64,000 nucleotides of DNA from Mizuhopecten yessoensis. Its lineage: Eukaryota. Of the stretch, positions 59,301 through 64,000 are shown piece after piece. Position 1 is the first letter of the stretch. Each line of letters begins with the position of its first letter. The stretch spans positions 117,149-181,148 of the forward strand of contig NW_018408656.1 of assembly GCF_002113885.1 (NCBI RefSeq). The letters run 5' to 3'. The position numbers were made by a program, and so were the translations under genes. A model generated the notes under the pieces. The model saw only the letters and a program-made list of their open reading frames with translations, was not told the DNA's origin and ran no database searches.

Positions 59301-61993
59301 TACCCTGATTTGGTTGATGAGATCCTGCTCAAGTTTTTTGAAAATCTCGTTTCTGTCTCCTTTCACTTCACATTCATCTGCATTGACCATCACAAACGAC
59401 CGCTCATCATCCTCAGTAAGGGAGGGGGGTATCTGTCAATTAAGGAAAACTTTTAGATACTTTGTCTTGACTTTGATAAACCCTGAAATAGATGCTGTAC
59501 ATGTGCAATAATTGGAAAATTGCTTCAAAGATTGATAAACAGAATCATTATAATGATGATATATACTGGTAATACTTGTACAACACGAAATGTTCGTGGG
59601 TACTTTCCTTCATGGTTTGAAGCCCTTTATAATAAGATCATTTGTGGTTCAAACTTTTGTGGACATCCTATATCAACAAACAGTAGACACGTATATCATT
59701 TAAAATTGTTGTATTTATTTTCGTGGTACAATCACAACCACGAAAACTACAAATGCTTATACACCACATTTCATGTTATACAGTATAAGCTTACCTTGAG
59801 GTGAATCTTACCTGAGACATGTCCACTGGCAGACCACTGTCAGCTGCGTCAATCATCGGTTCAAATCCCTGAACAAACAATTAATGCGAGACTTTTCAAT
59901 CAATCATAGAAACAGTACAGATGGAAGCATCAGGTTTGAATTATTTCCTGTCGTAAATAAACAAAATGTATCCTTTTTTTTTTACTTCAGTAAATATCAA
60001 CTCCCTCCCCAAGGTAGTGGTTGTATGTTGTTCCCCTTTCTTAGGAAGAACTGATAAACTGGGGATAAACAAATTTACGATCTAGATAAAGCACCTAATG
60101 ACTTTTCCATCTATTAGGAGTATTTCATTCTACTACATTGTGTCTAGAGAAAAGATGTCTGACATTTTCAGCTTATTTTCATCTTTTTATATAAGCCTCT
60201 CCCCTTGGGCCCCGGGCCAGGGGTGGGTTTGAATCAGCAAGAAATAGTTGTGAACATTGAAGAAGTGGGACTAGCTAAATAGGAAACAATAGGGCCCAAA
60301 AATATAACATTTCACAGCATCGCAAACAATAGGACCCAAAAATATAACATTTCACGGCATGGCAAACAATAGGACCCAAAAATATAACATTTCACGGCAT
60401 GGCAAACAATAGGACCCAAAAATATAACATTTCACAGCATTGTGAACAAACGTTTACATCACAAGAGGTTTACGAGACATTAACCAGGAAACTTCGCCCT
60501 TTACTAGTAGCCCGTACAAACCTTAGCTATTCTCTCGCCCTTTACTAGTAGCCCGTACAAACCTTAGCTATCCTCATGTATTTCTTGGCCAGCTCCAGGT
60601 CATTGCTTTTCTTGGCCTTGACAGCAGCTTGTCTGTACTCGTTCATCCGCTCTCTTAACAGATAGGCCTGCTGCTCAGCTCGCGAGGAAGGAGACTTCTT
60701 AACAGCTACATATTAAACAAGAAAGCAACATTATTAAAAACATTTATATACCCCCCGTTTTAATACCAAAGTATATCAGAGTTTTTGAATAACCTTTTCA
60801 GATTGGATCATCTAACCTTGCACCCAGCCTACCATTGGGAATTTGAAGAGTGTGGCATGTGTTTTACTTCAGTTGATGTAACCTCTATCTTAATCTGTGA
60901 CTTACATTTTATAAAATGGTTTCAAAGCAATATTTTTTAAAGCTGTGTCTCACAAGCAAGAAAGGGGCGACTATGTACTTGAAATAGCTAATACAGAAGA
61001 AGAGTGAAATAATAAGGAAGTTACTTGTTTTGAGTTCGCCTTGGAAAGATCCAAAACGTTTTAAACTATTTGCCTTGATGGACATCTATGGTTAAAAATA
61101 TACATTGCTGTAACCTAGATTTAGTACAAAACCCTTCAGATTCCCTACATCAACCCACACACCAAGTCTGACAATCGTACAGGAAAATATCCAACATGGG
61201 TTGTTTGTTTTTCTGTACAGAAGGTATCTGACTACTAGTTAACAATTACATGGGTTCTGTGTATGTCTGTACAGAAGGTATCTGACTACCAGTAAACATG
61301 GGTTGTTTGTCTGTACAGAAGGTATCTGACTACCAGTAAACAGGGGTTGTGTGTCTGTACAGAAGGTATCTGACTACCAGTAAACATGGGTTGTTTTTCT
61401 GTACAGAAGGTATCTGACTACCAGTAAACATACAGGCCCTTTGCGCTGGTTTAGCCGCTGGTTGTGGTGTCCTGTTAGGAGAAGGTGTTCTCTGTTTCTG
61501 TGGTGAGGAACCTTGACCTGCTGCACCGCTAGTGGGCTGAAGTCTTTGATTCGATGCCATAGCAGCTGCAGCCACAGGGGGAGGGGCTGGTGAACTTTGG
61601 CGTCCCGTATTCCCAGCAGGTATTGGTGCATATCCTACAACATTAAACCAAACTTTTATAAGATAAACCATGTACACACTGAAAGACTTTTTCTCAGATA
61701 TTTCAAAATTATCAATGAATTATTTTAGACTTGAAGAATTCCTCACAAATAAAAATGATAGTGGTCAGTGATCTCCTAGAGACGTTGGGGTAGCAATATG
61801 AAGGTCAGTGATCTCCTCGTGATTTTGTAGGTAACATAACAGAGTGATCCCCTTTAGATGTTAGGGTTACGATATGGAGGTCAATGATACCCTAGGTATT
61901 TGAGAAGTAAATGACATTACCTGGAGGTGTAGGTAGTTCATCATAGTTCACTGGTTTGCCTGCTTTCGTCGCCTTGATTGCATCTTGATATTG
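41358..61993 (-). CDS. CC2D1: Coiled-coil and C2 domain-containing protein 1 (CC2D1A/B, Lgd homologue), multi-exon span; 5' part lies beyond the window
   Basis: DM14 motifs (QYQDAIKATKAGKPVNYDELPTPPG; EYRQAAVKAKKSNDLELAKKYMRIAKGFEPMI..GLPVD), PVPKFHYE, C2 domain (DLDTYVKYEFPYP; LMDGRKAAGGKLEVKIRIRDPL) and a CC2D1A-like C-terminal helical tail. Confidence 0.93.
41595..41719 (-). CDS. CC2D1: CC2D1 exon (YVQQVEQEIPAYEEEAR...HAEKE)
   Basis: GT-AG, phase 1-0. Confidence 0.88.
41741..42725. repeat. 34-bp minisatellite next to a CC2D1 acceptor
   Basis: gggactagttataacctgtaaacagttctaaatg, ~28 copies. Confidence 0.95.
43076..43308. mobile_element. MITE with caggggcg / cgcccctg termini
   Basis: short TIR, internal poly-C and poly-A. 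Confidence 0.55.
43867..43956 (+). mobile_element. TTAA MITE, family B
   Basis: same internal sequence. Confidence 0.75.
43979..44108 (-). CDS. CC2D1: CC2D1 exon (INSLRDRL...LKKGGKAALR)
   Basis: GT-AG, phase 0-1. Confidence 0.87.
44557..44611 (-). CDS. CC2D1: CC2D1 exon (GSTCIEVLRFEKQQLDLQ)
   Basis: GT-AG, phase 2-0; resembles the CC2D1A S..VL.F...L motif. Confidence 0.85.
44640..45066. mobile_element. hAT-like MITE
   Basis: taggggtgtcacaatat ... atattgtgacagcctta. Confidence 0.6.
45245..45505. mobile_element. long-TIR MITE
   Basis: ~50-bp inverted repeat attctcatgctcaagcatggattttgtgctcaa / ttgagcacaaaatccatgcttgatcatgagaat. Confidence 0.7.
45665..46921. repeat. 32-bp minisatellite
   Basis: accaagtcaaccaatgtctgggactagttgtt, ~39 copies, degenerate at the ends. 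Confidence 0.95.
47924..48650 (-). mobile_element. HINE-like element with ~115-bp internal repeats
   Basis: tgacctttgacc..aggtcaaggtcacagtgacc repeats; terminal atgtctccc..gggagacat hairpin. Confidence 0.55.
48987..49270 (+). mobile_element. 284-bp retroelement insertion (Penelope-like pLTR or retrozyme-like) with a 13-bp TSD
   Basis: atgatcacatatt at 48974-48986 and 49271-49283; contains a hammerhead motif. Confidence 0.7.
49151..49193 (+). ncRNA. minimal type I hammerhead ribozyme
   Basis: GTGCT-CTGAAGA-C-GGCC(tcccttt)GGCC-GAAA-CATG-TC-AGCAC: stem I, catalytic core, stem II and a palindromic minimal stem III. Confidence 0.75.
49358..49379 (-). CDS. candidate alternative terminal CC2D1 exon ((S)PICSIT*)
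   Basis: very strong polypyrimidine tract + cag at 49380-49400; read in phase 2 it gives PICSIT-stop. Confidence 0.4.
50969..50991 (-). CDS. CC2D1: CC2D1 23-nt microexon (APTPPVK)
   Basis: tttcag/gtaaga; supplies the required phase 0 to phase 2 bridge. Confidence 0.8.
53315..53452 (-). mobile_element. degenerate V-SINE-like copy
   Basis: reverse complement aligns with the SINE head and V domain. Confidence 0.65.
54490..54513 (-). CDS. CC2D1: CC2D1 24-nt candidate microexon (SWRRGKTQ)
   Basis: tgtag / CAG-gtgaga, phase 0-0. Confidence 0.55.
54879..55216 (-). CDS. CC2D1: CC2D1 C2-domain exon
   Basis: ORF 54858-55160; GT-AG, phase 1-0. Confidence 0.93.
55664..55715 (-). CDS. CC2D1: CC2D1 exon (DDQQTGCSDTVKGSVNP)
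   Basis: GT-AG, phase 0-1. Confidence 0.87.
56017..56106 (+). mobile_element. ~85-bp TTAA MITE, family A
   Basis: same sequence as the other copies. Confidence 0.75.
56632..56687 (-). CDS. CC2D1: CC2D1 exon (KDLDTYVKYEFPYPT)
   Basis: GT-AG, phase 1-0. Confidence 0.9.
56924..56991 (-). CDS. CC2D1: CC2D1 exon (CNTDLGDNDLELTLVRGIQLP)
   Basis: GT-AG, phase 2-1. Confidence 0.9.
57751..57867 (-). CDS. CC2D1: CC2D1 exon (FQKMEQGCRKDL...PVPKFHYENRTFSLV)
   Basis: GT-AG, phase 2-2. Confidence 0.9.
58447..58505 (-). CDS. CC2D1: CC2D1 exon (MSASNHQHFTKLGDVLNAA)
   Basis: GT-AG, phase 0-2. Confidence 0.87.
58861..58951 (+). mobile_element. TTAA MITE, family B
   Basis: perfect ttaaccctttcacc / ggtgaaagggttaa ends. 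Confidence 0.8.
59304..59432 (-). CDS. CC2D1: CC2D1 exon (IPPSL...FKKLEQDLINQIR)
   Basis: GT-AG, phase 0-0. Confidence 0.88.
59812..59868 (-). CDS. CC2D1: CC2D1 exon (GFEPMIDAADSGLPVDMSQ)
   Basis: GT-AG, end of a DM14 repeat. Confidence 0.9.
60283..60440. repeat. ~41-bp minisatellite
   Basis: aaacaataggacccaaaaatataacatttcac, ~4 copies. Confidence 0.85.
60563..60705 (-). CDS. CC2D1: CC2D1 exon, DM14 repeat (LLRERMNEYRQAAVKAKK...YMRIAK)
   Basis: GT-AG, phase 1-0. Confidence 0.92.
61194..61431. repeat. ~45-bp minisatellite abutting a CC2D1 donor
   Basis: ctgtacagaaggtatctgactaccagtaaac, 5 copies. Confidence 0.9.
61434..61634 (-). CDS. CC2D1: CC2D1 exon, Pro/Ala-rich linker (YAPIPAG...PAQRA)
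   Basis: GT-AG, phase 1-1; within ORF 61330-61677. Confidence 0.88.
61921..61993 (-). CDS. CC2D1: CC2D1 exon (QYQDAIKATKAGKPVNYDELPTPP)
   Basis: GT-AG, DM14 motif. Confidence 0.92.
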
Positions 61994-62707
61994 CTGAGCA
62001 TAAAGCATGGACATTTATTACGTATTAATCTACCAAAATCTCAGGTAATTTTGCAAATATTTTCTCAGGTAGATTGTGGAACAGATTGTTTCAAATAGCC
62101 TCCATTAAATTAAAAAGAATATAAGCAAGTAATACATTTTTCAGTTTTCTAAACATACTGCTTCACCTTATTCATCATATAAACTAATATCCACTAAGTA
62201 TCATTTATCATCAGGTATTTACATAATCACATAAGCAGAAAAAAAGTTAAAGCCATCAATATCTCTGCTAGTCAAAAGTTTTGATAGGGGCTAATATGGG
62301 ATCCAGGAAATATGGCATTAATGACGTAGGTTTAAGGATCCTCGTACCGATGCCAAAAAGTTTGGAGACTCCTTATTTCAACATTACATTGGCTTTGATA
62401 GATGGACATAATTTTATTGAGGAAACTATTGGGCACCTACAACTCTTTATGGGGCCCTAATTATTATTTAGAATTTAAAATCCCTGCACTAGCAAACATT
62501 ATTTGATCAATAATTGCTACTGGATACAACTCTTTCATATACTGTGATGGTTGATTTTTTGCTATAGTCATGATCAAAATGGAATAAAAGAATTTTCAAC
62601 TGATATGGATCACTAAAATATATAAAAACCATGATAATAAAATCAATGACAGTAGGTCATTCTGTATAACATATGACACAATGTTATTTTACATTAAGAT
62701 GTTGAGA

Positions 62708-64000
62708 TACAATATGGTGTACCTTAACTATATGTCCGTGCCTCCTAGCTTTAGAGCTGAACTACAATATGGTGTACCTTAACTATACGTCCTTTCCTCC
62801 TAGCTTTAGAGCTGAACTACCATATGGTGTACCTTAACTATACGTCCTTGCCTCCTAGCTTTAGAGCTGGACTACAATATGGTGTACCTTAACTATATGT
62901 CCTTGCCTCCTAGCTTTAGAGCTGAACTACCATATGGTGTACCTTAACTATACGTCCTCGCCTCCTAGCTTTAGAGCTGGACTACAATATGGTGTACCTT
63001 AACTATACGTCCTTTCCTCCTAGCTTTAGAGCTGAACTCCCATATGGTGTACCTTAACTATACGTCTGTACCTCCTAGCTTTAGAGCTGAACTACAATAT
63101 GGTGTACCTTAACTATACGTCCTCGCCTCCTAGCTTTAGAGCTGGACTACAATATGGTGTACCTTAACTATACGTCCTTTCCTCCTAGCTTTAGAGCTGA
63201 ACTCCCATATGGTGTACCTTAACTATACGTCTGTACCTCCTAGCTTTAGAGCTGAACTACAATATGGTGTACCTTAACTATATGTCCGTGCCTCCTCGCT
63301 TTAGAGCTGAACTACAATATAGTGTACCTTAACTATACGTCCGTGCCTCCTAGCTTTAGAGCTGAACTACAATATGGTGTACCTTAACTATACGTCCTTT
63401 CCTCCTAGCTTTAGAGCTGAACTACAATATGGTGTACCTTTACTATACGTCTGTGCGTCCTAGCTTTAGAGCTGAACTACAATATGGTGTACCTTTACTA
63501 TACGTCTGTGCCTCCTAGCTTTAGAGCTGAACTACAATATGGTGTACCTTAACTATACGTCCTTTCCTCCTAGCTTTAGAGCTGAACTACAATATGGTGT
63601 ACCTTTACTATACATCCTTGCCTCCTAGCTTTAGAGCTGAACTACAATATGGTGTACCTTAACTATACGTCCTTTCCTCCTAGCTTTAGAGCTGAACTAC
63701 AATATGGTGTACCTTTACTATACGTCTGTGCGTCCTAGCTTTAGAGCTGAACTACAATATGGTGTACCTTTACTATACGTCTGTGCGTCCTAGCTTTAGA
63801 GCTGAACTACAATATGGTGTACCTTAACTATACGTCCTTTCCTCCTAGCTTTAGAGCTGAACTACAATATGGTGTACCTTTACTATACGTCTGTGCGTCC
63901 TAGCTTTAGAGCTGAACTACAATATGGTGTACCTTAAATATCCGTCCGTGCCTCCTAGCTTTAGAGCTGAACTGCAATATGGTGGTCCTTAACTATACGT
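62708..64000 (-). repeat. 55-bp array made of CC2D1 exon end + donor, at least 23 copies, running off the window
   Basis: minus-strand unit AGC TCT AAA GCT AGG AGG xxx GGA CGT ATA GTT AAG/gtacaccatatt = SSKARRxGRIVK + GT. Confidence 0.92.

Overview
AT-rich eukaryotic genomic DNA, probably from a bivalve mollusc (inferred from V-SINE and pearl/HINE-type repeats). It holds two convergent multi-exon genes. On +, the central and C-terminal part of a DOCK6/7/8-family (DOCK7-like) GEF runs from about 274 to 33353, including most of DHR-2; its last exons appear lost in a gap at 33481. On -, the 3' part of a CC2D1A/B (Lgd) gene, with DM14 repeats, a C2 domain and a CC2D1A-type tail, runs from beyond 64000 to the stop at 41358. 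The introns carry SINEs, TTAA MITEs, Helentron-like elements and minisatellites. The most striking pattern is that many tandem repeats are built from the exon/intron junction itself (exon end + GT, or AG + exon start), giving arrays of decoy splice sites in both genes. Other notable items: a TSD-flanked 284-bp insertion with a minimal hammerhead ribozyme, three candidate lineage-specific DOCK7 cassette exons, and two CC2D1 microexons plus a candidate alternative terminal exon ending in a CaaX-like motif. Single Ns at 3062, 7585, 33481, 40612, 42623 and 52894 mark assembly joins, and some apparent duplications there are probably artefacts. All exon calls were made by eye from GT-AG sites, phase and remembered homology.
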